Assembly: GCA_003576845.1 (NCBI GenBank)
Contig: QEVJ01000001.1
Coordinates: 92,537-156,536 of the forward strand
From: Planctomycetota bacterium
Lineage (GTDB): Bacteria; Planctomycetota; Planctomycetia; Pirellulales; PLA5
Direction: 5' to 3'
DNA: 64,000 bases
The notes beneath the pieces were generated by a model. The model saw nothing but the letters and a program-made list of their open reading frames with translations, was not told the origin of the DNA and searched no databases. This document shows, in pieces, positions 45,947 through 55,382 of this stretch (the stretch's first letter is position 1; every line of letters starts with the position of its first letter). A program made the translations under genes and the position numbers.

Positions 45947-47350
45947 ATGGCCCGCGACATCGGACACGTGTTGATCGTCGACGATGAAGAGAGCATCTGC
46001 TGGGGCCTCAAGCGGCTGCTGTCGGGCGAGGGGCACGCCGTAAGCGTCGCGAGCACAGCGGAAGAGGCGCTGGCGATGGCCGAGCGGACGAAGCCCGACT
46101 TGGTGGTGATGGACGTGCGCCTACCCGGCATGGATGGACTGGCCGCGATGAAGCAGATGAACGAGCGGTTGGGGCCGGTGCCGGTCGTGGTTATCACGGC
46201 GTTCGGCAACCTGGAAACGGCCGTGCAGGCGGTCGAGCAAGGCGCGGTCGACTATCTCACGAAGCCGTTCGATCTCGACGAAGTGGCCGAAGTGCTGCGC
46301 CGCGCCCTGCGCAGCCGCACCGCCGCAGCGGCGAAAGCGAGCGAGAACGCCGTCGCGGCGAGCGTCCACGGCGACCTGCTCGGCGCGAGTGCGGCCATGC
46401 AGCAGGTGTTCAAGCGGATCGCGATCGTCGCCGCGACCGACATGAGCGTGCTCATCACGGGCGAAAGCGGCACGGGCAAGGAACTGGTCGCGCGGGCCAT
46501 TCACCGCCACTCGCTGCGGGCCGCACGGCCGTTCGTTCCGGTGCATCTGGCGGCGCTGAGTCCGACGCTCGTCGAAAGCGAGTTGTTCGGCCACGTCCGC
46601 GGCGCGTTCACGGATGCGGTCGAGAACCGCGGCGGTTTGTTGGAACTGGCCGATGGGGCGACGGCGTTCTTCGACGAAGCCGGCGACATTCCGCTCGCCG
46701 TGCAGGCGAAGCTGCTGCGCGTGCTCGAACAGCGCGAGCTGACGCCGGTCGGGGCCGCCGCCGCGAAGCCGTGCGACTTTCGGATCATCGCTGCGACGCA
46801 TCGCGATTTGCGCCGCGACGTGCGCGAGGGCGCGTTTCGGCAGGACCTATACTTTCGGCTCGCGGCGTTCGAGATTCACCTTCCGCCGTTACGCGAGCGG
46901 GTCGAGGACATTCCGATACTTGCCGAGCACTTTTTGCGGCAAAGCCGCGTGAACGGGGCAGGCAAAGCGCATTTGACGGACGCGGCGATCAAGGAGCTGT
47001 GCCGGCGCACGTGGGTCGGCAACGCCCGCGAGTTGCGCAGCGCGATCGATCACGGCGCGGTTCTTGCCCGCGGCGGGCCGATCGGACCGGAGCACTTGCC
47101 GCCGGCGGTGTCGCTCTCTGGAGAATCGCCGGCGACGCTCGAAGGCGCGCTGGCGGCGGCGGCTCGGGCGTGGGCGGCCGAAGAACTTCGCCGCAACGAA
47201 ACCTTCGACGGCACCATGCACGAGCGGATGCTGCGGGTGGTCGAGCCGGCACTCTTCAACGTGGTGCTCGAACACACGGGCGACAACCGCGTCGCGGCGG
47301 CGGAGATTCTGGGAATTCACCGTGCAACGCTGCGAAAGAAGCTCAAGTGA
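45947..47350 (+). CDS. Sigma-54-dependent response regulator (NtrC family: REC, AAA+, Fis-type HTH)
   Basis: Track ORF of 467 aa, starting 4 nt after the kinase stop. It has REC (VLIVDDEE...DLVVMDVRLPGMDG), Walker A GESGTGKE, a GAFTGA-type loop RGAFTDA and ESELFGH. The C-terminal HTH is NRVAAAEILGIHRATLRKKLK. Confidence 0.92.
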   Translation: MARDIGHVLIVDDEESICWGLKRLLSGEGHAVSVASTAEEALAMAERTKPDLVVMDVRLPGMDGLAAMKQMNERLGPVPVVVITAFGNLETAVQAVEQGAVDYLTKPFDLDEVAEVLRRALRSRTAAAAKASENAVAASVHGDLLGASAAMQQVFKRIAIVAATDMSVLITGESGTGKELVARAIHRHSLRAARPFVPVHLAALSPTLVESELFGHVRGAFTDAVENRGGLLELADGATAFFDEAGDIPLAVQAKLLRVLEQRELTPVGAAAAKPCDFRIIAATHRDLRRDVREGAFRQDLYFRLAAFEIHLPPLRERVEDIPILAEHFLRQSRVNGAGKAHLTDAAIKELCRRTWVGNARELRSAIDHGAVLARGGPIGPEHLPPAVSLSGESPATLEGALAAAARAWAAEELRRNETFDGTMHERMLRVVEPALFNVVLEHTGDNRVAAAEILGIHRATLRKKLK

Positions 47351-47503
47351 GATAGACTGGGCCGCGATTCGCGACGACGGCAGCGCTTTGTCTTGCTCTC
47401 TCCTGCTCGACGCGACGCTGGTCGAGTAATGTGAACGACGGCTTTTCGCGATGCCGATATCGCACTTTCGGCCACGTTGCGACGGCGATACCGGCGGTGC
47501 CGG

Positions 47504-47518
47504 TGGCAGTGGTTTTGC
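47504..47518 (+). promoter_or_regulatory. Candidate sigma-54 (-24/-12) promoter
   Basis: TGGCAG-TGGTT-TTGC matches TGGCAC-N5-TTGC at 9/10 conserved positions with correct spacing. It lies 154 nt after the activator gene stop and about 170 nt upstream of ATG 47691. No enhancer sites were identified. Confidence 0.35.
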
Positions 47519-47690
47519 CGCGGGTTCCGGCGAATGCGGCCGGAGCGCGGTCTGGAGATTCCGCGCGTGCCGATCCTCCGTCGATCTTGGGGACCGGGAC
47601 GGCGTGCCGACGCGCGATTCGTGACATAGCCTTGGAATGCGGAAGTCAGGCACGAATCGGTTCTTGGGCGCCATTCAGAGGGGCACTGGA

Positions 47691-48200
47691 ATGAAGGCCA
47701 AGCATGCACGCCGGAAATTGTTCGTCGATCCCGAGGTTCAAGGAGCGCTGGTCACGCGATGCGTGATTTATTGGTGTGTGAGTCTGATTGTGGTGTTTGC
47801 GGCGCTTTTGAGTCCGGACTTCATCTTTGCGACGCTGGGATTGGTAAGTCCGACGGGGCCGAGCATTTGGGTGCGATATGCGCCGGCGTTGATCCTTTCG
47901 GCCGCGCTGACGCCCGTGTTGGTGCTCGATTTGCTGCGCTGCACGAACCGATTCGCGGGGCCAATGGTGCGAACGCGGCGGTTCTTGCGGAGGCTGGCCA
48001 ACGGCGAGCGGATCGAGCCGATCGAATTTCGCAACGATGATTTCTGGAAAGGATATGCCGACGATCTGAATGCCGTGCTGCAACGGATCGAGACGCTGGA
48101 GCGGCAGGCGGCAGCCGCGGGCGAACCGGCGGACATGCGGGCAAGCGCCGCGGAAGTGGCTCGTGCGGGAACAGACGCCGATCTGGTTTATAGCCACTAG
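47691..48200 (+). CDS. Hypothetical 2-TM membrane protein (169 aa)
   Basis: Internal ATG of track ORF 47637-48200, with GAGGGG about 9 nt upstream. It begins MKAKHARRKLFVDPEVQGALVTRCVIYWCVSLIVVFAALL, has a second TM ALILSAALTPVLVLDLL, and then a helical cytoplasmic tail. Confidence 0.5.
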   Translation: MKAKHARRKLFVDPEVQGALVTRCVIYWCVSLIVVFAALLSPDFIFATLGLVSPTGPSIWVRYAPALILSAALTPVLVLDLLRCTNRFAGPMVRTRRFLRRLANGERIEPIEFRNDDFWKGYADDLNAVLQRIETLERQAAAAGEPADMRASAAEVARAGTDADLVYSH

Positions 48201-48347
48201 TCGCCCGGCCCGTTGCGGTGCGTGGTTCGGCGCCGCGAATGCGGCCGCAACGAGAGTTGCGCTGCGGGCAGGCTTTTCCTCGGCGCCCGCCTGATACAGA
48301 ATGCAGCGAGCGGTGGCGCGCGTTCTGTCCTTGTGGCGGGTGCAACG

Positions 48348-49484
48348 ATGTACGCAAAACTCTTGGCGGCGGCGCTGACGCTTGTAGCGCCGATTAGCGC
48401 AGGCAAAGTTCTCGGGCAAGCGCCGCGCGTGGCGTGGTCGGAGATGGAGCGGTTTTTTGCGCCGCCAGCGGAGTTCGCGGGCAAGCTCGGCGACTTTCGT
48501 TCGGTGTTGCGATTCGACGACGGATCGATGGTCGAAACGGCAAAAGATTGGCCGCGGCGGCGGGCGGAGATTCTCAAGTATTGGCACGGCGTGCTAGGAG
48601 AGTGGCCGCCGCTCGTGGAAAAGCCGCGGATTCGCTACGGCCGGCACGAGCACGTCGAGAACTTCACGCGGCACGAGATCGAGATCGAAGTGGCGGCGGA
48701 CCGGTTTGTCGCGTCGCAATATCTGCTCGTGCCCGACGGCGACGGGCCGTTTCCGGCAGTCGTCGTGCCGTGGTACAACGCGGCGGACGGCGCCGGCTTG
48801 AACGACAAGCAGCGCGACCGGACCGACTACGGCTATCAATTGGCGAAACGCGGGTTCGTGGCACTGTGCATCGGCGAGATCGGGCCGGTGCGCTCGCCGA
48901 CCGTCGATAAGGACCGCATTCAACCGCTTTCATATCTGGCGTATGCGGCGGCGAACTGTTCCGAGGCGCTCGCGCATCACGACAAGGTCGACCCGAAGCG
49001 GATCGGGATCGTGGGGCATTCGTTCGGGGGGAAGTGGACGATGTTCGCGTCGTGTCTGCACGAACGGTTTGCCTGCGCCGTTTGGGGCGATCCGAGCATC
49101 GTTTGGAACGAGAAGGATGCGAACGCTAATTATTGGGAAAAGTGGTATTTGGGTTACGAGATGGGTCGGCCCGCGGAGAAACAGCGCGAGCCGGGCGTGC
49201 CGAGCGGCGAGAATCCGCGGACGGGAGCTTATAAGCGGCTCGTCGACCAGGGGCGCGATCTGCACGAGTTGCACGCGCTCATGGCGCCGCGGCCGTTTCT
49301 TGTGTCCGGCGGAGGACAAGATCGGCCCGTACATTGGACGGCGCTCAATCACACGATCACCGTGAACGAGCTGCTGGGGCACGAGCGGCGCGTGGCGATG
49401 ACGATGCGCGACGGGCACAGTCCGACGGCGGAGGCGAACGCGCAGGTGTATGCGTTTTTCGAGCACTTTCTGAAGCGCGAGTAG
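48348..49484 (+). CDS. Secreted alpha/beta-hydrolase (dienelactone-hydrolase/esterase-like)
   Basis: Internal ATG of track ORF 48213-49484. MYAKLLAAALTLVAPISAGKVLGQA is a signal peptide. The nucleophile elbow is IVGHSFGGKW, and a late His is present (MRDGHSP). Confidence 0.72.
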   Translation: MYAKLLAAALTLVAPISAGKVLGQAPRVAWSEMERFFAPPAEFAGKLGDFRSVLRFDDGSMVETAKDWPRRRAEILKYWHGVLGEWPPLVEKPRIRYGRHEHVENFTRHEIEIEVAADRFVASQYLLVPDGDGPFPAVVVPWYNAADGAGLNDKQRDRTDYGYQLAKRGFVALCIGEIGPVRSPTVDKDRIQPLSYLAYAAANCSEALAHHDKVDPKRIGIVGHSFGGKWTMFASCLHERFACAVWGDPSIVWNEKDANANYWEKWYLGYEMGRPAEKQREPGVPSGENPRTGAYKRLVDQGRDLHELHALMAPRPFLVSGGGQDRPVHWTALNHTITVNELLGHERRVAMTMRDGHSPTAEANAQVYAFFEHFLKRE

Positions 49485-49500
49485 TCGCGGCGGTTCATTA

Positions 49501-49585
49501 ACCACAGAGGTCACGGAGGAGGAGCACAGAGGGACACGGAGGAATGTAGAAGGCAGAATACAACATGAAGAATGCGGGATGCGGA
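49501..49585. repeat. Solo half-element (CACRGAG words followed by 7-nt words) without an obvious mirror arm
   Basis: AC CACAGAG GT CACGGAG GAGGAG CACAGAG GGA CACGGAG is followed by GAATGTA GAAGGCA GAATACA ACATGAA GAATGCG GGATGCG. The same word classes occur at 35789 and 38411, but I see no complementary arm before the sulfatase start. Confidence 0.65.
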
Positions 49586-49609
49586 TCGGGCGGTTCGGCA
49601 GGTGGAACT

Positions 49610-51103
49610 ATGCGTTGCGTCGCAGTTTTGGTGTTGTTCGCATCGGCGGCTTGGTCGAATGTTGCGCTGGCGGGTGAGAAACCGAATGTGCTTTTGATTT
49701 TGGTCGACGACTTGAAGCCGGCGCTGGGGTGTTATGGTGACGCGGCGGCGAAGACGCCGAACATGAATCGGCTCGCGGCGCGGGGGATGCGGTTCGATCT
49801 GGCGTATTGCAATCACGCGGTGTGTGCCCCGTCGCGGTTTACGTTGATGCTCGGGTCGCACTCGACGTCGACGGGCTTGTACGAGTTGGGAAGCCGGCTG
49901 CGCGAGCGCGTGCCCGAGGCGGTGACGCTGCCGCAGTTCTTCGCGCGGCACGGATATCGCACGGAGTCGCTCGGCAAGGTGTTTCATATCGGGCACGGCA
50001 ACGACGGCGATCCGGCGTCGTTCAGCGTACCGCACTTTCACGACAAGGTGATCGAGTACGTCGATCCGGCGAGCACGGACGGCGGCAATCTCACGCGGGA
50101 AGAGGCGTATTTCGCGAACCAGAAGCTCGGCGAGATCGGCTCGTTGCCGCGGGGCGCGGCTTACGAAGCGCCGGACGTCGCGGACGAGGCGTATGCCGAC
50201 GGGCGCGTGGCGGCGGAGACGATCCGGCGATTGCAGGCGGCGAAGGAGCGGCGCGAGAAAGAGGGGACGCCGTTTTTCATCGTGGCCGGGTTCGCGCGGC
50301 CGCATCTGCCGTTTAGCGCGCCGAAGAAGTATTGGGATATGCACGATCCGGCGCGGCTGCCGATGCCCAAGTATGAGGAATTGCCCGAAGGCGCTCCGCG
50401 TGTGGCGGGTAAACGGGGCGGCGAGATCAGCAACTACGCGCCCGTGCCGCAACGGGCCGACGAGAAGTTCAGTCCGGAGCTAAAGCGGAAGCTGATTCAC
50501 GGGTATTACGCGAGCACGAGCTTTGCCGACGCGCAAATCGGCAAAGTCATCGACGAACTCGATCGGCTCGGTCTGGCCAAAAGCACGATCGTGGTGCTCT
50601 GGGGCGATCACGGGTTTCATCTGGGCGATCTGGGCATCTGGACGAAGCACACGAACTACGAACAGGCGACTCGAAGTCCGCTCGTGATTGTCGCGCCGGG
50701 CGTCACGAAAGCGGGGGCATCGACGAAGCAGTTGGCGACGAGCGTCGACGTGTACCCGACGCTGGCCGAGTTGGCTGGGCTGCCGCAACCCGACGGCCCG
50801 CAGCGGATGGACGGCAAGAGTCTCGTGCCGGTGCTCTCGGACCCGGCGGCGCGGGTCCGCGATCACGCCTATCACGTTTATCCGAAGGCCACGTTGGGGC
50901 GGGCGATTCGGACACTGCGGTATCGGCTCGTCGAGTGGAAGCCGATCGGCAGCGCGCGGGGGCGCGTGGAGTACGAGCTTTACGACTACGAAAAAGATCC
51001 GCTGGAGCGGAAGAACCTGGCGGCCGAAAGGCCGGATGTGGTCGCGGAGATGATGAGGATTCTGGCGAGCTATCCCCCGGCGGTTGCTTCGACGCGGCAC
51101 TAA
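49610..51103 (+). CDS. Sulfatase (formylglycine-dependent, iduronate-2-sulfatase-like)
   Basis: Internal ATG of track ORF 49565-51103, with AGGTGG upstream. It has a signal peptide MRCVAVLVLFASAAWSNVALA, PNVLLILVDDLKP, and the sulfatase signature CAPSRFTLMLG (C-x-P-S-R). WGDHGFHLG also occurs. Confidence 0.9.
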   Translation: MRCVAVLVLFASAAWSNVALAGEKPNVLLILVDDLKPALGCYGDAAAKTPNMNRLAARGMRFDLAYCNHAVCAPSRFTLMLGSHSTSTGLYELGSRLRERVPEAVTLPQFFARHGYRTESLGKVFHIGHGNDGDPASFSVPHFHDKVIEYVDPASTDGGNLTREEAYFANQKLGEIGSLPRGAAYEAPDVADEAYADGRVAAETIRRLQAAKERREKEGTPFFIVAGFARPHLPFSAPKKYWDMHDPARLPMPKYEELPEGAPRVAGKRGGEISNYAPVPQRADEKFSPELKRKLIHGYYASTSFADAQIGKVIDELDRLGLAKSTIVVLWGDHGFHLGDLGIWTKHTNYEQATRSPLVIVAPGVTKAGASTKQLATSVDVYPTLAELAGLPQPDGPQRMDGKSLVPVLSDPAARVRDHAYHVYPKATLGRAIRTLRYRLVEWKPIGSARGRVEYELYDYEKDPLERKNLAAERPDVVAEMMRILASYPPAVASTRH

Positions 51104-51143
51104 CTAAAAAGACTCCCGTCCCCTTTTTCATTCGATGCGAGCT

Positions 51144-52355
51144 TTAGTAGTCGTACCACGCCCCGAAGCCGATTTGCTCTTCGAAGTCGTTGAACAGAGC
51201 GAACTGGGGATTGAGGCCGTTGTAGTAGTGGGCGCCGATGCGAAACATGTGGCCGGCGGTGCTGCGCCACTGCCAGCCGGCTTGCACGACGACGTTGCCG
51301 GAGTAGTCGAGTTCCTGGCGCAAGTGGCCGTTGAGCGCGACGAACGGCGTGCCGCGGGGACCGGTGGGACCTTGCGGGCTGAATTCCGCGCCGAACTGAA
51401 ACGCCCAGGGGCGGGAGACGTCTTGGTAGAACGCCCAATCGGCTTCGGCATAGAGCCGCACGGACGGGAGAGCGAAATACGACAGGCCGAGCACCAGCGC
51501 GTCGCGGGCGTAGTTGAACCGCGTGGTGAGGTTGTTGCGTAGGACGTACTCGTCGCCCAAGTGCGAACTCAGGTGATAGTAGGCGAACTTCACTTGCCAG
51601 CGATCGACGCCGTAGGTGAACGGAATGCCGAAGCGGAAGTCGGATGCGTTCAAGTCCATTTGCGATTCGGGATCGAGCCGAGGGAATGCCGCGCCTTCCA
51701 TGTCGATCTGGAAACCTTCGGGCCGGGCGACGTTCGTCGTGCCGTAGCGGAGCAAGCCGACGCGGCCGCCGAGCGTAACGTCCCAGAGCCAGCCGTCGTC
51801 TTTCTCGTCAAAAACTTGCACGCCGAACCGCGGCTCCTTCACACCGGCCAGGTACGAACGATAAATGAGGCCGTTGGGAAAGAATTGCGTCGTCCAGGGT
51901 TCGTCGTCGTAGAACCACGGTGCATTCGCGCCTTCGATGACGCTGCCGGTTGCGGCGGGTGAAGCGTAGCTGGGCGCGAAGATGCCCGTGCCTTCGCCGG
52001 GCGTCGCGAACGTGGCTTCGCCGATGGGCACGGCGATCACCGAGCGGCCGCGCTCTTCGCCGAGGGCGGTTGCCGGGCTTGCACCCGCGACGGGTTCGAG
52101 CGGCGGCAGCGGCGTCGGGCCGTCGAACGTGGCAGGCACGCCTTCGGCCCGGTGCGGCGTAAAGATCATTGGGCGCGTGACGCTTGGCCCGGCGAGTTCC
52201 GTGGCCGGGCGCATGGCGCTGGGGAGCGGCTTGAGTTGGGCGGCGGCCTCGCGCGAGCCGGATAGTGCAGTCCAAAGCGCGAGCGCGGCGAGAACCCGCA
52301 GCCATGCCGGCCGGAACGCCAAGAGCGCGAACGGTAAGCCAGAGGTCGGGAACAT
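51144..52355 (-). CDS. DUF1207-like outer-membrane beta-barrel protein
   Basis: Internal ATG (52355; alternative 52412) of track ORF 51144-52694. MFPTSGLPFALLAFRPAWLRVLAALALWTALSGSREAAAQ is a signal peptide. The C-terminal 250 aa have an alternating aromatic strand pattern ending FGAWYDY. The family call is tentative. Confidence 0.65.
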   Translation of the reverse strand: MFPTSGLPFALLAFRPAWLRVLAALALWTALSGSREAAAQLKPLPSAMRPATELAGPSVTRPMIFTPHRAEGVPATFDGPTPLPPLEPVAGASPATALGEERGRSVIAVPIGEATFATPGEGTGIFAPSYASPAATGSVIEGANAPWFYDDEPWTTQFFPNGLIYRSYLAGVKEPRFGVQVFDEKDDGWLWDVTLGGRVGLLRYGTTNVARPEGFQIDMEGAAFPRLDPESQMDLNASDFRFGIPFTYGVDRWQVKFAYYHLSSHLGDEYVLRNNLTTRFNYARDALVLGLSYFALPSVRLYAEADWAFYQDVSRPWAFQFGAEFSPQGPTGPRGTPFVALNGHLRQELDYSGNVVVQAGWQWRSTAGHMFRIGAHYYNGLNPQFALFNDFEEQIGFGAWYDY

Positions 52356-52792
52356 TGCTGGGTCGCGGTCGCCGCGCGGTCCGGCGGGTCGCCGCACCAC
52401 GGAGCGGGACATTTGGCGCGGAAGCGCGGGCGGAGTGTAGCCGTTTTGGACGGCTGGGGACAGGCGGGAATGAGTCAACGGCAAGCCGTTTTGCGGGAAC
52501 GGTTTACGGCGAGCGGACGGGTGCGCGCCGGGTTGGCCTCGGTCACGAGCGGTGTACAATGGCCCGAGCGGGTCCGCCCACACATTCCTCATAAACATCG
52601 GACGCGGCACTTTTGCTAGCACAAACAAATCCGCCGTAGTCGGCAAGGTTCTCGTCGGATTCACTGTGTCACCCCGCGGCGAGAGTGGGAGCATGGGCGA
52701 GTAAGCGGCCGGCAGCCTTGACCCGATCGATATAGGCGACCCGTCTTGCCGGCTCTGCGCGATGGATAACTTCGCGGAAGGACTCCTGGCCG

Positions 52793-53308
52793 ATGATCGA
52801 ATTCGCGAAAATCGTGTTGCTGTGCGTCGCGGCGGCCGTGGCTTATGGGGTGATTCACGACCAGTTCACGATCCGTGTTTGCCTTGAATACTTCACGGTT
52901 GGCCATCCGCCGATTTTTGCCCACCTTCCGACGACGTTGCACGCCGCGGCTTGGGGCGTTTTCGCGACGTGGTGGCTGGGGCTGGTTCTTGGTTTGCTGG
53001 CCGGTCTGCTGAGCCGGGTCGGTTCGTGGCCGAAACTTGCGGCGAAGGACTTGAGTCGTCCGGTGTGCAAATTGCTCGCGGCAATGGCGATTGGCTCCGC
53101 GGTCGCCGGTGTCGTGGCTTATGGGTTGGCGACGCGAGGAGTCGTTCGCTTGTTCGAGCCTTTCGCGACGGAGATACTTCCGACGCATCACAGCCCGTTT
53201 ATCGCGTGCGCGGCGGCACATTCGGTATCCTATCTGCTCGCGACGTTCGGCGGATTGTTGATCTGTACCCGGATACCCTACTTGCGTTGGAAAGCAGCGA
53301 AACGATGA
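52793..53308 (+). CDS. Hypothetical integral membrane protein (4 TM)
   Basis: Track ORF of 171 aa with four hydrophobic helices. Its stop overlaps the next start (ATGA at 53305-53308). Confidence 0.55.
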   Translation: MIEFAKIVLLCVAAAVAYGVIHDQFTIRVCLEYFTVGHPPIFAHLPTTLHAAAWGVFATWWLGLVLGLLAGLLSRVGSWPKLAAKDLSRPVCKLLAAMAIGSAVAGVVAYGLATRGVVRLFEPFATEILPTHHSPFIACAAAHSVSYLLATFGGLLICTRIPYLRWKAAKR

Positions 53309-53778
53309 GCACTTCCGATTTCAGCGGCGTCCTCGGCCGGATCCCCAGCGGCATTTACATTCTCACCGTTCGCCACGGCGAGGCGGAAACGGGCATGCTC
53401 GCCAGTTGGGTGATGCAAGCCGGGTTCGAGCCGCCGATGGTCAGCGTGGCCGTCAAGCAAGGGCGATACGTGGCCGACTGGCTCGCGGCGGGCGCGGCGT
53501 TCGCGCTCAACGTCGTTGCCGAGAGCGACAAGCAGTTGCTCAAGCACTTTGGCCGCGGCTTCGAGCCGGGACAGCCGGCGTTCGAGGGGCTGACGATTTC
53601 GCGGACCGAGCGCGGCACGCCGATCCTCGACGCGGCGCTAGGGCATCTCGAATGCGTTGCGGCGGCGAACGTCGCCTCGGGAGACCATGTGATCTATCTC
53701 GCCCGCATTGAAGCGGGTCGACTGGCGCGGGACGACCGGCCGATGGTACACATTCGCAAATCGGGGCTCAATTACTGA
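53305..53778 (+). CDS. Flavin reductase-like (FMN-binding split-barrel) protein
   Basis: Internal ATG of track ORF 52951-53778. MSTSDFSGVLGRIPSGIYILTVRHGEAETGMLASWVMQAGFEPPMVSVAV... and GDHVIYLARI follow the typical flavin-reductase-domain pattern. Confidence 0.82.
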   Translation: MSTSDFSGVLGRIPSGIYILTVRHGEAETGMLASWVMQAGFEPPMVSVAVKQGRYVADWLAAGAAFALNVVAESDKQLLKHFGRGFEPGQPAFEGLTISRTERGTPILDAALGHLECVAAANVASGDHVIYLARIEAGRLARDDRPMVHIRKSGLNY

Positions 53779-53958
53779 GCGTGGCGATTCGGAATCGGGC
53801 GGCGGCGGGTTTGGCGGCGCTTGGAGAAAATGCTTGCTTGAGCGACCCATCAGCGGTACATTGCCGTTCATAGTTCGCGCTCGCGCCGCCTCGGAACCGG
53901 CGCGGGAGTTCGCGAACGAACACTTCAATGTGCGGTTCGACGCACAAGGAGAGAGGCG

Positions 53959-55362
53959 ATGGCGATGCGTTTCTGGCGGTCGCTCGTGCGCGGTCGATTG
54001 GCCGCCGTTGGATTCTTTACTGCGTTGTCGTGCGGCGCTTGCGGTATGGCCAGCGCCGCGGAGGACGTACCCGAAGCCGCCGCCTGTGCCTCCGGCGAGG
54101 CGGGCCAGCACGGCACGCAAATCAACTGGCTCGGTTCCGTCGACGAGGCTGCGCGCGATGCCGCGGAACGCGGAAAGCTCGTGTTCGTGATGCAAATCTC
54201 GGGCAACTTCGCCCGCGAAGAGTTTACGTGAAACAACGCGACCAAGTTCAGAGCAGGTGCTCTGTCCGACCCGACGCTCGGTGCGTTCCTCGATCGGCAT
54301 TTCGTCGCGGCGTATCAGCAGAAGGGCGATTTCGAAGTCGTCCGCGTGAAAGATAAGGTCGAAAAGAACGGCGGTAACGTCGTGAGCTACTTTTGCACGA
54401 GCGATCTGCGCGTGCTCCATTTCGTCGTCGGTCCCGTGTCCGCGGACCGCTTGTTCGCGGAGGCGGCTTGGGTGCATCGCGTTTACGACGAAGTGCGGTA
54501 TCGCGGCATCGACGAGTTGACCGAGGACCAGGCCGAGAAGCTCGCGCGGCGACAAACCGATGCCGTGCGCCGCGAACATTTGGCGATGGTCGGCGATCGT
54601 GCGGATGCGTTCGTGCGGGAGTTCGCAGCGAGCGTCGCGGCGCACGACAAGTCGCGGGGCGGCGCTTACCTCCGCCCCGCGTCGTACGGCGCAAAGTCGA
54701 CGAAGAAGCCCGCCGCCGAGCGGTGGTCGTCGCTCGTGTGGCGCGTCGGGGGAAACGACGAGCAGCGTCCGCACCGGCTATTGGCGCTCGACCCATTGCC
54801 GCCGCTGGCGGAAGTCGATTCGACCATCTTTCGCCAACTCGCCGGCGAACGGGTCAACGACCGCGATGGCAGCGTCGAACGCGCTTTGGCAAAGGTGAAA
54901 CGGGCCGAGCGCGACGGCCGGCCCACGATGTTCGTGTTTCATCGCGAGTGGTTCGGCGGCAGCGCGTCGTACGACCGCAACGCCTACGCCGACGCGACGC
55001 ACCGCAAGCTGCTGCGGCAGTTCAACGTGGTGCGTTTGCCGCTCAAAGAGTTGCCCGCGCTCTCGGCCCGGTTGCCCGATTTCGCGTTACCCGTCGTGGC
55101 GGAAGAGACCGGCGTGCAGTTCGTGTTCGCCGATTGCCGGCAGCGGCAGATTTCGGCGATTTCCGGTCTGCGCAGCGCGGACGCATTTGCATCGGTGCTG
55201 CACCACGCGATCGCGCGGAATCAGATCGCGCTGGCGGAGCGGTTGATCGAGCAGGACCGCCGGACCGAGGCCAAACGCGTGCTGTACCGAGCGCGGCGCA
55301 GCACGGATCGCGATACGGCGCTGCACGCGTCTGCGCTGCTGGCGACACTGCTGGCGGAATAG
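53959..55362 (+). CDS. Secreted thioredoxin-fold protein interrupted by one in-frame TGA (54229-54231): candidate selenoprotein, otherwise a pseudogene
   Basis: Track ORFs 53959-54231 and 54346-55362 share one frame. The 38 codons between them are stop-free with G/C-rich third positions. The conceptual product has a signal peptide (...GMASA/AE) and then INWLGSVDEAARDAAERGKLVFVMQISGNFAREEFT-[TGA]-NNATKFRAGALSDPTLGAFLDRHFVAAY. Confidence 0.5.
54249..54264 (+). promoter_or_regulatory. SECIS-like hairpin 20 nt downstream of the in-frame UGA
   Basis: CAGAGC-AGGT-GCTCTG is a 6-bp stem with a 4-nt loop containing GGU. It is encoded by four consecutive A/T-ending codons (AGA GCA GGT GCT) in an otherwise G/C-ending frame. 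Confidence 0.4.
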
Positions 55363-55382
55363 CCGCGGCTTGAGCGCAGCGC

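Noticed and set aside
49565-49609. N-terminal extensions in the ORF track (MKNAGCGSGGSAGGT at the sulfatase; MVFPESRIPT at the VOC gene 41588; [10 protein letters not shown]...PDPRPRPPT at trpS 61433)
   Set aside because: These residues are translations of the intergenic word repeats. Downstream ATGs give canonical N-termini (a signal peptide, MNISFAHVAL..., and [11 protein letters not shown]...).
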